This document shows positions 52,273-61,530 of a stretch of DNA of 64,000 nucleotides, in pieces. The translations under genes and the position numbers were made by a program. Positions within the stretch are counted from its first letter, which is position 1. Each line of letters starts with the position of its first letter. Origin of the DNA: an uncultured Actinomycetes bacterium (lineage in GTDB: Bacteria > Actinomycetota > Thermoleophilia > RBG-16-64-13); the NCBI GenBank assembly GCA_903873715.1, contig CAIQPS010000168.1:3939-67938 (forward strand). The letters are read 5' to 3'. Under the pieces are notes generated by a model that was not told the origin of the DNA, did no database searches, and saw nothing but the letters and a program-made list of their open reading frames with translations.

Positions 52273-53175
52273 TCAGGAGCGGCCGTCGGACATGGTCTGT
52301 TTCGGCACGTGCGTGCGCACGTAGGCTATGAGGGCGCGGGCCGCCGCCGACAGCGGGCGGTCCTGAGGATAGATGAGGTGCAGGTCGCGGGTCAGCGGGT
52401 CCTCGAAGGGGATGGCCGCCAAGCCGTCCAGCGAAGCCGGGCTGCACAGCGTGATCGGCATAGGCGCGATCCCCAGCCCCTTGCGCACCAGCTCCTTGTT
52501 CAGTTCAGGATAGTTGCAGCGCGACGAGACCTTGGGGGTCAGGCCGCGCTTGCGGAACGCCTCCACGATGAGGTTGCTCACGTGCAGTGTGGCCCGGGGC
52601 AGCAGGATGGTCTCGTTCGCAGCCTCCTTGAAGCTCACGACCGGCTTGCCCGCCAGCGGATGATCCTTGGGCACCACCAGCACCATCTCCTCGGTGAGCA
52701 GGTGGTACGCCGACACCCGGCTGGACCCCCACGGCGTCATGACCCCGCAGTCGAGCTCGCCGCTTATGACAGCCTCCTCGAGCTGAGCGTCGTCCCGTTC
52801 CATGAGGTCGATGCTCATCCCAGGGTAGGCGGCTATGAACGGCGCCAGCAGAGGGATGAGGATGTGGGCCATGACCATCGGCACGGCTCCGAAATGCACG
52901 GTGCTCGGGCCTCCCCCGGCCTGTTCCCGGATGATCCCGATGGCATCCTCGGTGCGGGTGACGATGGCATTGGCGAGCGGCAGGAGCAGTTCCCCGGCGG
53001 TGGTGAGTTCGACGTGCCGGCCGTAGCGGACGAAGAGCCGCGCGTCGAGCATCTCCTCCAGACGGGCGATCTGCCGGCTCACGGTCGATTGGGTCGAGTA
53101 GAGCTGCTCCGCGGCTTTGCTGAAGCTGCGGGCATCGGCGACGGTCGAGAACGTCTTGAGGAGATCCGTTTCCAT
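52273..53175 (-). CDS. LysR-family transcriptional regulator
   Basis: LKTFSTVADARSFSKAAEQLYSTQSTVSRQIARLE wHTH plus a ~200-aa substrate-binding domain. Confidence 0.85.
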   Translation of the reverse strand: METDLLKTFSTVADARSFSKAAEQLYSTQSTVSRQIARLEEMLDARLFVRYGRHVELTTAGELLLPLANAIVTRTEDAIGIIREQAGGGPSTVHFGAVPMVMAHILIPLLAPFIAAYPGMSIDLMERDDAQLEEAVISGELDCGVMTPWGSSRVSAYHLLTEEMVLVVPKDHPLAGKPVVSFKEAANETILLPRATLHVSNLIVEAFRKRGLTPKVSSRCNYPELNKELVRKGLGIAPMPITLCSPASLDGLAAIPFEDPLTRDLHLIYPQDRPLSAAARALIAYVRTHVPKQTMSDGRS

Positions 53176-53245
53176 CGAATGGATATGTTATCGCGTCTCC
53201 GGGCGATAGAATCATCCCGGTGCTCCACTCACCACGACTCCGGGG

Positions 53246-54658
53246 GTGCCGGTGTCCGGGCTCGATATCCGTACGCTGATCGCAGTCCTTGCGCTCGTCA
53301 ACGTGTTCCTTGGCGTCGTCATGGTTCTGTACTGGCGCAGCCAGCGCGTGTATCCGGGATTCGCCCTGTGGACGTGGTGCAACGTCTCCCTGGCACTCGT
53401 CTGGATACTCTTCTTCCTCAGGGGCCGCATCCCGGCGGGGGTCTCGATCGTCGTTCCCAACGCGCTGGCAGTGACCGCGGCCACCCTTCGCCTGGAAGGG
53501 GTCAGGAGATTCCTTGGGCGCCCCAGGTTCGACTTCCGCATGCTCGCGGTGCCGGTGGTGGCCCTCGCCGCCGTGGTGGTCACGACCTGGGTGCATCCGG
53601 ACGCGTACATCCGGACGGCGGTCACACTCCTTCCCATAACCGCCCTCGTGGGGGCGATGGCCTGGCTGGCGTTGTCACGGGCACCCGCCGAAGACCGCCG
53701 CACATACTGGACGATCGGGCTTCTCTGGATCCTGTACGGCGTGTTGCTCTGCTCCCGGTCGGTCTACTGGCTCGTCGTGCGCCAGGGGAACCCCCTGCTG
53801 GAACCGATCGATCTCAACACCGTCTTCTACGTGGCCAGCATCCTCTTCGACATCGCCTGGACGGTCGTGTTCCTGGTGATGGTCAACAACAGGACCGGCC
53901 ACGAACTGGACGAAGCCCGTGAAGCAGCCGAACAGGTGCTGCACAGCCGGCGGCTCGAGAGTCTGGGCACGATGGCGGCCGGCGTCGCACACGACTTCAA
54001 CAATCTCCTGACCGTTGTCCAGGGGAACCTGGACCTGGCCTTGGAGGCGCTGCCGAAGCGGTCCGAGGCGCAGGGGTACATCGACGAGGCCATCACCGGG
54101 GCGCATAGAGCAGCCGAGTTGACCACGAGACTGAGGTCCTATGCCGGAGGAGACGTCTACAGGTTCAAGGAAGTGGACGTCCACCGGCTCGCAGAGGAGA
54201 GCGTGGCCGGCGTCGCCTCCCTGGTGCCCGAAGGGGTGGAGATGGTGTTGTCACCGAGCCCCGCAGAGTGCACCGTCACCGGAGACCCCGACCACCTCCG
54301 CCAGGCATTGATGTTCATCCTGGCTAACGCGCTCGAGTCTTACCGGCTGCCCGCGTCCGGACGGACCGTCGTGCGCACGGGATCCGCCTATTTCGATAAG
54401 GCGCGCCTCGCAACGAGTAGCACCGAGACGAAGCCCGCGCCGGGGACCTACGCGTTCGTGGAGGTCGCGGACAGCGGCTCGGGCATGGACGCCGCCACAG
54501 CCGCGCGCATGTTCGACCCGTTCTTCTCCACCAGGTTCACAGGGCGCGGCCTCGGACTGGCGGCTGTTCTCGGCGTGGTCCAGGGGCACAGGGGAGCGAT
54601 ATTCGTGCACAGCGAGGCCAGCAAGGGCACCACCGTCACGATCGCCCTGCCCGCCTAG
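53246..54658 (+). CDS. membrane sensor histidine kinase
   Basis: About 6 N-terminal TM helices, H-box MAAGVAHDFNNLL, and ATPase boxes DSGSGMD and GRGLGLA. No adjacent response regulator. Confidence 0.8.
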   Translation: MPVSGLDIRTLIAVLALVNVFLGVVMVLYWRSQRVYPGFALWTWCNVSLALVWILFFLRGRIPAGVSIVVPNALAVTAATLRLEGVRRFLGRPRFDFRMLAVPVVALAAVVVTTWVHPDAYIRTAVTLLPITALVGAMAWLALSRAPAEDRRTYWTIGLLWILYGVLLCSRSVYWLVVRQGNPLLEPIDLNTVFYVASILFDIAWTVVFLVMVNNRTGHELDEAREAAEQVLHSRRLESLGTMAAGVAHDFNNLLTVVQGNLDLALEALPKRSEAQGYIDEAITGAHRAAELTTRLRSYAGGDVYRFKEVDVHRLAEESVAGVASLVPEGVEMVLSPSPAECTVTGDPDHLRQALMFILANALESYRLPASGRTVVRTGSAYFDKARLATSSTETKPAPGTYAFVEVADSGSGMDAATAARMFDPFFSTRFTGRGLGLAAVLGVVQGHRGAIFVHSEASKGTTVTIALPA

Positions 54659-56769
54659 ATCTGCCGGGCAGCCGCCCATCCGGCGGCCACCGCGTCCACC
54701 ATCATGCCCGCTTCGCGGCAATCCCCCACGGCGAAGACCTGCGCCACCTTGCCCTCCAACTCCTTCACCAGGTCGCCGTTGGGATCCACGGGCGCGGTGG
54801 GGATCACGGTGTCGGCGGGGATCTCCTGGACCGTACCGTCCGCCTGGGTGAAGGCGTCGCCCTTCTCGGTGAGGTGGATGTCGGAAGCGCCGGTGTGGAT
54901 ACCCACGCCCTTTTTGAGGAACCACTCGAACAACGGACCGAAGCGGAAGTCGATGACCCCCTCCCCGATGTGGTCGGAGGTCTCGACGATGCTCACCGAG
55001 CGGCCCCGCTTGAGCATGAACTCGGCTATCTCGCAGCCGTGGAAGCTCCCGCCAATGACCACCACCCGCTTGCCGGCGGGCAACCAGAGGTGAGTCAGCT
55101 TGTCGAGCACGCCGGGGCCGACGAGGTTCAGAAGCGGTTTCACCTGGTGGTGCAACCGCGGCGCTGTCATGACCTTCGGCGAGCGGGAGCCCGAGGTGCG
55201 GACCTCCGGCGCAACCAGCTTTCCGCCGGTCGCCACGATGACGGCGTCCGGAGCCATGGCCAGAACGTCGGCGGCGGTGACCTTGAAGCCCAACCTTAGG
55301 TTTACTCCTTGGCGGCGGAGCTCGGCCCGCAGATAGTCGATCCATGGCGGCAATCCCTCGGGATGCGCGCCTTTCACCAGCGCGGCCAACGGAACCAGGC
55401 CGCCAAGCCTGCTGCTCTTCTCGAACAGCGTCACCTGGTGTCCCCGGGCGGCGGCTTCGCGCGCCGCCTCCATCCCAGCGGGCCCTCCCCCGACCACGAC
55501 CACCTTCTTGCGCTCCGCCGCCGGCGGGGTGTCGTAGTCCGCGAAGGTCTTGCCGCCCATGTGGGCGTTCACCCGGCAGTGCCGGTCCATGCCGCGGCTC
55601 TGGTCGAGGCAGGTGCCGCACCCGGTGCACGGCAGCACCTCTTCGCGCTTGCCGGCCTTGATCTTGTTGGGCAGCTCGGGGTCGGCCTGCAGAGGACGGG
55701 TCATGACGATGAAGTCCGCACTCTTCTGCTGCAGATACTTCTCGCCCAGTTCCGGCGACACCTTGCCCACGATCATAACCGGGATGTCCACCACCCGCTT
55801 CATGGCCTCGGTGAGGTGGACGTTCGCCCCGGCGCCGTGCAGGTCGGGGTTGTATTCCTTGGGGAATTCCTTCATGGGGATGGGGGATTCCGGATAGAAC
55901 AGATAGTCGGGGAAGAAGCCGCCCACGTGCTGGCCCAGCCAGTGGTTACGGATCTGCAGGGCGTCGGCCCCGGCCGCCTCCACCAGCGTGGCGATCTCGA
56001 GCGCCTGCTGGTGAGTCAGGCAGGCTTTGTCGTCGATACCGGCCAGCCGCCCCATCTCGAAACCGTTGAGGAGCACCGACAGAGCGAAGTCCGGCCCGGC
56101 CAGACGTTTGATCTCGCGCACCACGGTGAGCAGCAGACGCGCCCGGTTCTCGAGGCTGCCGCCGTATTCGTCCTCGCGCCGGTTCCAGAAGGGCGACAGG
56201 AAGTTGTGGAACAGATGGCTGCTGCCGGCGTTCAGTTCGAGGCCGTCGAAGCCGGCCTTCTGGACACGCAGCCCCGCCGCCACGATCTTCTCGATGATCG
56301 CCTCGATCTCGGGGACGGACAGCGCCCGCGGGACGTCGTTGTGGAAGTCGCCTGGAGCGTCGAGCTTGACCGGCGAGGCGCCGATGGGCGGGCCGTCGAA
56401 CATCGTGGGAGTACTGAAGCCCATGGGCGACTGCCAGGGCCCGTCGTGCCAGAACTGCATGAACGTGGGACAGCCGTACTTGTGCACCGCGTCGGCGAGT
56501 TCGCAGAGCCCGGGCAGGAAACGGTCGTCGTCGACGCGATAGCGCTCGTGCCAGCGGGTGCCGTACGGGTAGTCGACGTCCGGCGATTCGATTATCAGCA
56601 GACCGACGCCGCCCCGGGCCAGCGAGCCGTAGTAGGCGAGAGCCTGCTCGCTCATGTGGGTGTCGTCCTCGTGCCAGTAGCACATGGAGGCTGCGCTCTT
56701 CACGATACGGTTGCGCGTGCGCACCGGGCCGATCTGACCCGGCTCCATGAGCTTGTCGAACCCCGCCAT
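54655..56769 (-). CDS. OYE-like FMN / [4Fe-4S] / FAD enoate reductase (2,4-dienoyl-CoA reductase family)
   Basis: N-terminal TIM-barrel OYE blocks (RNRIVKSA, FMQFWHDG, ELNAGSSHLFHNFLSP), the CTGCGTCLD...HCRVN cluster motif, and C-terminal VVVVGGGPAGMEAA plus VVVIGGSFHGCE dinucleotide motifs; 704 aa. Confidence 0.85.
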   Translation of the reverse strand: MAGFDKLMEPGQIGPVRTRNRIVKSAASMCYWHEDDTHMSEQALAYYGSLARGGVGLLIIESPDVDYPYGTRWHERYRVDDDRFLPGLCELADAVHKYGCPTFMQFWHDGPWQSPMGFSTPTMFDGPPIGASPVKLDAPGDFHNDVPRALSVPEIEAIIEKIVAAGLRVQKAGFDGLELNAGSSHLFHNFLSPFWNRREDEYGGSLENRARLLLTVVREIKRLAGPDFALSVLLNGFEMGRLAGIDDKACLTHQQALEIATLVEAAGADALQIRNHWLGQHVGGFFPDYLFYPESPIPMKEFPKEYNPDLHGAGANVHLTEAMKRVVDIPVMIVGKVSPELGEKYLQQKSADFIVMTRPLQADPELPNKIKAGKREEVLPCTGCGTCLDQSRGMDRHCRVNAHMGGKTFADYDTPPAAERKKVVVVGGGPAGMEAAREAAARGHQVTLFEKSSRLGGLVPLAALVKGAHPEGLPPWIDYLRAELRRQGVNLRLGFKVTAADVLAMAPDAVIVATGGKLVAPEVRTSGSRSPKVMTAPRLHHQVKPLLNLVGPGVLDKLTHLWLPAGKRVVVIGGSFHGCEIAEFMLKRGRSVSIVETSDHIGEGVIDFRFGPLFEWFLKKGVGIHTGASDIHLTEKGDAFTQADGTVQEIPADTVIPTAPVDPNGDLVKELEGKVAQVFAVGDCREAGMMVDAVAAGWAAARQI

Positions 56770-56853
56770 TCCCGACCCCCGTCCCCAGATGGTGCCGCCC
56801 GATTGGGCAAGACATCATACCATTATGGTTCCGGGCGCGGCAACGCCGGGCGG

Positions 56854-57228
56854 TCAGGCGTTCTCGGCCATCTTCCTCCGTTGCACCCGGCGGGTGCCGA
56901 TGCACAGGCCACAGCCCTTGCACTGCCCGCCGTTCTCGCCGCCGATGCCGTAGTGGAGCCGCAGGCGCCTCTCTCCGTCCCGGTCGAGAGGCGCGTCGCC
57001 CTCCAGGGCGGGCCCGGTCTCCACGTAGCCGCGCGGATAGGGGAAGACGAGGCGGTCGCCGGACTCGCGGATGTCGTCGCCGGGCAGCAGCATCCTGCGG
57101 GGGCCCTCCATCTCCACGACGATCCAGGACGTGCCGAACTTGCGCCGCTCGTAGCCGGCACCGGCTATCACCCCGATAGAGGCGCCGTTGACGTCGAAGA
57201 GCTGCCGGCCGGTCCAGTCCATGGGCAC
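56854..57228 (-). CDS. PRC-barrel-like small protein with C-terminal CxxCxxC
   Basis: GRQLFDVNGASIGVIAG...SWIVVEM...RMLLPGDDI...DRLVFPY fits the PRC-barrel pattern, with a CKGCGLC tail. Confidence 0.45.
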   Translation of the reverse strand: MPMDWTGRQLFDVNGASIGVIAGAGYERRKFGTSWIVVEMEGPRRMLLPGDDIRESGDRLVFPYPRGYVETGPALEGDAPLDRDGERRLRLHYGIGGENGGQCKGCGLCIGTRRVQRRKMAENA

Positions 57229-57333
57229 TATGCTAGCAGGCGCCGGCGAAGGGCTGCTGCGCGGCGCGTCGGACCCGGCCGCTCGCGATCCCGCGGCACG
57301 GGCGCCGCGGACGGCCGTCGGCCGCTCGCGGGG

Positions 57334-58689
57334 TCAGCCGCGCCAGTCCCGCCCGGTGTCGATCATCGCCTTGAGGTTGGCCGCTTTCGCATCGTCCAGC
57401 GACGCGCCGTTGCGCAGGAAGAACCCTCCGTCACGGGCGCAGGTATCCAACAGCCGGGTCACGTACTCTTCCACCTCGCCCGGCGTGGCCAGCGCCAACA
57501 GCGCCGACGGCACGTTCCCCGCGATGCATCCCTGTCCGGCAAGCGCCTGCTTGGCCAGAGCCATGTCGGTCTGGTCGAACCACCACAGGACCGTCCCCGC
57601 CGGGATGTCACGGTCCGCGATGACCTCGAGGCGCTTGTTGTAGCTGCCCTGCACGAACATCACCGGGACGATGCCCTGCTCCACCAGGCCGAGGATCACG
57701 GCCTTGAGGGTCGGCCAGTAGAATTCCTGGAAATCGGGCACGGACATGAAGCTGTCCGCCCCCTTGTGCAGCCAGAAGAAGATCAACGGGGCCTGCGCGT
57801 GAGCGGTCTGGCGCACGCACGAGTCGATCATCAGGGGGACGAACCGTTCGACAGCGGCCAGTATCTTCTCCGGCTGCCGGAAGCGGTCGATCATGACGCC
57901 TTTGGTCCCACGCAGAGTGTCGGCCAGGATGTCGTAAGGGGCTTTGCCGGAGCCGCCGAGTTCCGGCGGGATGCCCAGCCTGCCTGCGGCGTCGGCATCG
58001 GCGGCCTTGGTGGCGCCGAGCCAGGCAAGCGAGTCTTTGGCCGCGTCGGCCAACCGCTGCACGGATTCGGCCACCGCCGGGTTGGCGAACGGCAGGATGT
58101 TGAAGGGCATGCCCCCGGCTTCCATGAGATCGGAGAACGGCCCGAGCGTGCCCAGCGGCGCGAACGCCGAGCCGAAGCGGGGCAGAAGCACCCGGCGGAA
58201 GTAGTTCTCGGGATCCGCTATGAGGGCGTCGTACTCCTCCGCCTTCATATACTCGCCCTCGAGGTACTGCCAGGGCGTCTCGTCGGGCAGGCCGTTGCCG
58301 GGCCAATCCACGAACTGCAGCCCGAGTCTCTCGAACACGCCTCCCGGAGCTACCGGCCGGGCCTGGAAATCGGGCAGGAAGTCCTCGTGATACCTGCGCA
58401 GGGCCGCGGCGCACTTGCCGTAGTCGTGCATGGACTCCTTCTTGGTGAGCCCACTGTGCTTGCCCACGTAGAAACCGACCGCCGCGCCCACCGGCACGCG
58501 GGCCGGCTTCTTGAGCGTGATGGCGTCGATGAGCAGCTGCACCCGGTCCTGATAGGCCTGCCGCGCCTCGTCGCTCGCGAACTCGACGTCGTGTCCCGCT
58601 TTCCAGCGTGCGAAGCGGCGCTCCCGGCGCTCCTGCCAGCTCAGCGCATGCCAGCCGTCGAACATGGGATCGGGCGCGCCCCAGGCCAT
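57334..58689 (-). CDS. uroporphyrinogen decarboxylase (URO-D) family protein, MtaA/CmuA-like methyltransferase candidate
   Basis: 451 aa. The general URO-D-fold layout (N-terminal ...ERRERRFARWKAG...RVPV..., C-terminal ...GFFLRNGASL...) is recognised by pattern only. It directly abuts the upstream gene. Confidence 0.55.
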   Translation of the reverse strand: MAWGAPDPMFDGWHALSWQERRERRFARWKAGHDVEFASDEARQAYQDRVQLLIDAITLKKPARVPVGAAVGFYVGKHSGLTKKESMHDYGKCAAALRRYHEDFLPDFQARPVAPGGVFERLGLQFVDWPGNGLPDETPWQYLEGEYMKAEEYDALIADPENYFRRVLLPRFGSAFAPLGTLGPFSDLMEAGGMPFNILPFANPAVAESVQRLADAAKDSLAWLGATKAADADAAGRLGIPPELGGSGKAPYDILADTLRGTKGVMIDRFRQPEKILAAVERFVPLMIDSCVRQTAHAQAPLIFFWLHKGADSFMSVPDFQEFYWPTLKAVILGLVEQGIVPVMFVQGSYNKRLEVIADRDIPAGTVLWWFDQTDMALAKQALAGQGCIAGNVPSALLALATPGEVEEYVTRLLDTCARDGGFFLRNGASLDDAKAANLKAMIDTGRDWRG

Positions 58690-60078
58690 TCAGACTCCTT
58701 CTGGATCGATCGTGCAGGGGATGGTGGTGACGTCGACTCGTTCGTTGCGATCGCGATCGACGTATGGGAAGCGGGAGACGGTCGCTCGGATCTCCCTTTG
58801 CCGCATGCCGGGATCGCCCCACACGACCGAGACCTCCGTCCCGGGCCGGGCGGACTCGGTGTCCAGCGAGCAGAGTGAGAGCATCTCCCGGAAATGGTGG
58901 CTGTAGGTGCGGCCCGAGCTGACGCCCACCAGCGCCCCGTCCCTCACCACCCGGTCGGCGTAGAGCACCGGGACGCCACCCTCCTGGGCCTCGTGGATGG
59001 GCTCCATCGGCATGAACGGCTCTCCCGGCCGGAACTGCGACGCGTGGACATCCAGGATGTCCTCGGCGTCCCACACCAGCGTGACCATGGTCCGGCGCTG
59101 CTCTGCCGCGCGCTGCTCGAGCGCGGCGCGGCCGGTGAAGTCGTGGTCGAACTTGACCGCCTTGCCCCATCCGAGCTCGAGGGGATCGCGGTAGCGCGGC
59201 TCCATGTCCGCCCCCATGCTCCCCCGCAGGCGCATCCCCGGGCGGTCGCCGCGGCTGTTGGCCCGCGTCCACGCCGTGAACCCCTGGTCATCCCCCCAGG
59301 CCACGGGGAAATGGACGAACGCCTGCGGGAAGCCGCCCGGCGTGTGGTTCATGCGGTAGGCCGTCAGGCCCAGCTTCTCGAGCCCGAAGGCCGCTCCGGC
59401 GTCCACCAGCGCCTGGTAGACCCGCGCCGCGTCGCCCATGACGCCGTTGACCTCGTACGCGAGAGTGCCGGCCATCCCCAGGCGGATCACCCGCACCGTC
59501 GCCCCGGCCACGGCGCTCATCCGGTGGCGTCCGAAGGCCACATCGTGCAGACACTCGCGCGCCGCGGTCTCGAGCACCTCGAGCGACCGCGGGCCGGCGA
59601 GCTGGAAGGTGAACCGGCCGTCGACGGACTCGCCACGAGCGTCGTAGTCACCGGTCTGCAGCCGGTAGACGGCGTAGGGAGCGAGGTAGGTGGTGATGAA
59701 CTCGTCCTCCGCCACGCGCAGCAGCACGCCGTGGGCCATGACGCGACCCCGCTCGCTGCACATGATGGCGTGCTTCATCGCCCCGACAGGGAAGTTCGAG
59801 AAACCGTTGACGCAGGTCTCCGAGAAGAAGCGAAGCGCATCGGGCCCGGCGACCCGGTAGCAGGGCTGCGGGTTCAGCCCGGCGTGCAGGTAGCAGCTCT
59901 CCATCGCGGCCACCTGCTCCTGGCGCCAGCCGCCGTACTCCAACGGCACCGCCGTACCGTAGCCCAGGTTGGTGCGGCTGAAGCAGTAGGAATCTACGGC
60001 AGGGTCGTAGGGCGCGTAGGGGAAAAGGGGCAGTTCCTGCATCGCACGACCCTCCGCACGGCCCTCCACCTGCGTCAT
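58690..60078 (-). CDS. GcvT-fold tetrahydrofolate-dependent O-demethylase, LigM-like
   Basis: VKFDHDFTGRAALE, MVTLVWDAEDILDVHASQF and RLGMAGTLAYEV blocks parallel the Sphingobium LigM sequence as I recall it (FVKFDHDFIGRDALE, KVTLAWNGDDM..IYASLF). The alternative start ATG 60042 has a better SD. Confidence 0.7.
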   Translation of the reverse strand: MTQVEGRAEGRAMQELPLFPYAPYDPAVDSYCFSRTNLGYGTAVPLEYGGWRQEQVAAMESCYLHAGLNPQPCYRVAGPDALRFFSETCVNGFSNFPVGAMKHAIMCSERGRVMAHGVLLRVAEDEFITTYLAPYAVYRLQTGDYDARGESVDGRFTFQLAGPRSLEVLETAARECLHDVAFGRHRMSAVAGATVRVIRLGMAGTLAYEVNGVMGDAARVYQALVDAGAAFGLEKLGLTAYRMNHTPGGFPQAFVHFPVAWGDDQGFTAWTRANSRGDRPGMRLRGSMGADMEPRYRDPLELGWGKAVKFDHDFTGRAALEQRAAEQRRTMVTLVWDAEDILDVHASQFRPGEPFMPMEPIHEAQEGGVPVLYADRVVRDGALVGVSSGRTYSHHFREMLSLCSLDTESARPGTEVSVVWGDPGMRQREIRATVSRFPYVDRDRNERVDVTTIPCTIDPEGV

Positions 60079-60085
60079 CCCGGCG

Positions 60086-60781
60086 TCAGACCCCGAGCCA
60101 CTTCTGCTTGACTTCCTCGTTGTTTCGCAAGTCCTCGGGCAGGCCGTCCCACACCACCGAGCCTTTGCTGATCACGTAGACGTAGTCCGCGGCGTTCAGG
60201 GCCATGTTGAAGTTCTGCTCGGCGAGGAACACCGTGAGCTTGCCCTTGAGCTCGCAGATGATCTGGCCGATCTGCTTGACCACGAGCGGCGCCAATCCTT
60301 CGGACGGCTCGTCCATGATGAGCAGCTCCGGGTTGGCCATGAGCGCCCGGGCGATCGCCAGCATCTGCTGCTCACCGCCGCTCAACAGGTTGCCGGGGAA
60401 GTTGGAACGCTCCCGCAGGATGGGGAACTGCTCGTACACCCGCTCGAGGTTCCAGGCGCCTTCGCGCCGGTTGTCCCGCGCGGCTATCTCCAAGTTCTCC
60501 TTGACGCTCAGCGACGGGAAGATGCCCCGGCCCTGCGGCACGATGCCGATGCCCTTCTTGGCGATGCGGTGCGGCTCCAGGCCGTTGATGGGCTCGCCGT
60601 TGAAGCGGATGGTGCCGTCGATCGGCGGGGCCAGCCCCATGATGGAGCGGATGATGGTGGTCTTGCCCATGCCGTTGCGACCCAGCATGGCCACGGAACT
60701 CCCCTGCGGCACCTTGAGAGAGAGGTCCCAGAGGACGTGCCGTTCCCAGTAAAACGTGTTGATGTTCTCGAGCTCTAGCAA
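60086..60781 (-). CDS. ABC transporter ATP-binding protein, LivF-like
   Basis: GRNGMGKTT, LSGGEQQMLAIA, LLIMDEPSEG. The TTG 60781 start lies behind AGGAAG and overlaps the LivG-like stop. Confidence 0.9.
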   Translation of the reverse strand: MLELENINTFYWERHVLWDLSLKVPQGSSVAMLGRNGMGKTTIIRSIMGLAPPIDGTIRFNGEPINGLEPHRIAKKGIGIVPQGRGIFPSLSVKENLEIAARDNRREGAWNLERVYEQFPILRERSNFPGNLLSGGEQQMLAIARALMANPELLIMDEPSEGLAPLVVKQIGQIICELKGKLTVFLAEQNFNMALNAADYVYVISKGSVVWDGLPEDLRNNEEVKQKWLGV

Positions 60782-61530
60782 CTTTCTTCCTCGTTCCCCA
60801 GGTAGATCTCTCTCACCTTCGGATTCGCGCTGATCTCGGCCGGCAGCCCCTTGGCGAAGATCTGGCCGAAGAAGAGCACCATGATGCTGTCCGCAAGGTT
60901 GAACACCAGGTCCATGTCGTGGGCGCAGAAGATCAACGTGGTGTTCTCCCCGGCAAGCTTGCGGATGACGTCGGCGAACACCGCCGCTTCTGCGGTCGGC
61001 AGGCCGGCGCTCGGCTCGTCGAGGAGCACCACCCGCGGCTTGCAGGTGAAGGCCGTCAGCAGTTCCACCAGCCGCTGCTCGCCGTAGGAAAGCGTGTGGA
61101 GCGGCTCGTTCCGCTTCTCCCACAGCCCGACGGTGTGCAGCAGGAGCTCGGCTTCCTCGGGCAGGCCCTTCCTCCGCTCGAGCGGCCGCCACATCTTCAG
61201 GTGGTTAGTGCTAGCCCCGTAGAGGGCCAGCATGAGGTTATCGGTCACGGAGAGGTGGAAGAACAGGTTGTTCACCTGATACGAGCGCCCCAGACCCATG
61301 TGGAGCCGCTTGTTGGGGGCGAGGCGTGTGATGTCCCTGTCGCCGAGGTGGACGCTGCCGCCGGTGGCCGACAACTGGCCGCCGATGACGTTGATGAGCG
61401 TGCTCTTGCCGGCGCCGTTGGGGCCGATGAGCGCCAGCTTCTCGCCTGGCTCGGCGGAGAAGGTCACCCCGTTGAGGACCTTGAGGCCCCCGAAGCTCTT
61501 CATGATGTTTTCGCCGCGGAGGATGCTCAC
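60775..61530 (-). CDS. ABC transporter ATP-binding protein, LivG-like
   Basis: GPNGAGKSTL, LSYGEQRLVELL, VLLDEPSAG. GTG 61530 lies behind GGAAGGAGG and overlaps the permease stop (GTGA). Confidence 0.9.
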   Translation of the reverse strand: MSILRGENIMKSFGGLKVLNGVTFSAEPGEKLALIGPNGAGKSTLINVIGGQLSATGGSVHLGDRDITRLAPNKRLHMGLGRSYQVNNLFFHLSVTDNLMLALYGASTNHLKMWRPLERRKGLPEEAELLLHTVGLWEKRNEPLHTLSYGEQRLVELLTAFTCKPRVVLLDEPSAGLPTAEAAVFADVIRKLAGENTTLIFCAHDMDLVFNLADSIMVLFFGQIFAKGLPAEISANPKVREIYLGNEEESC

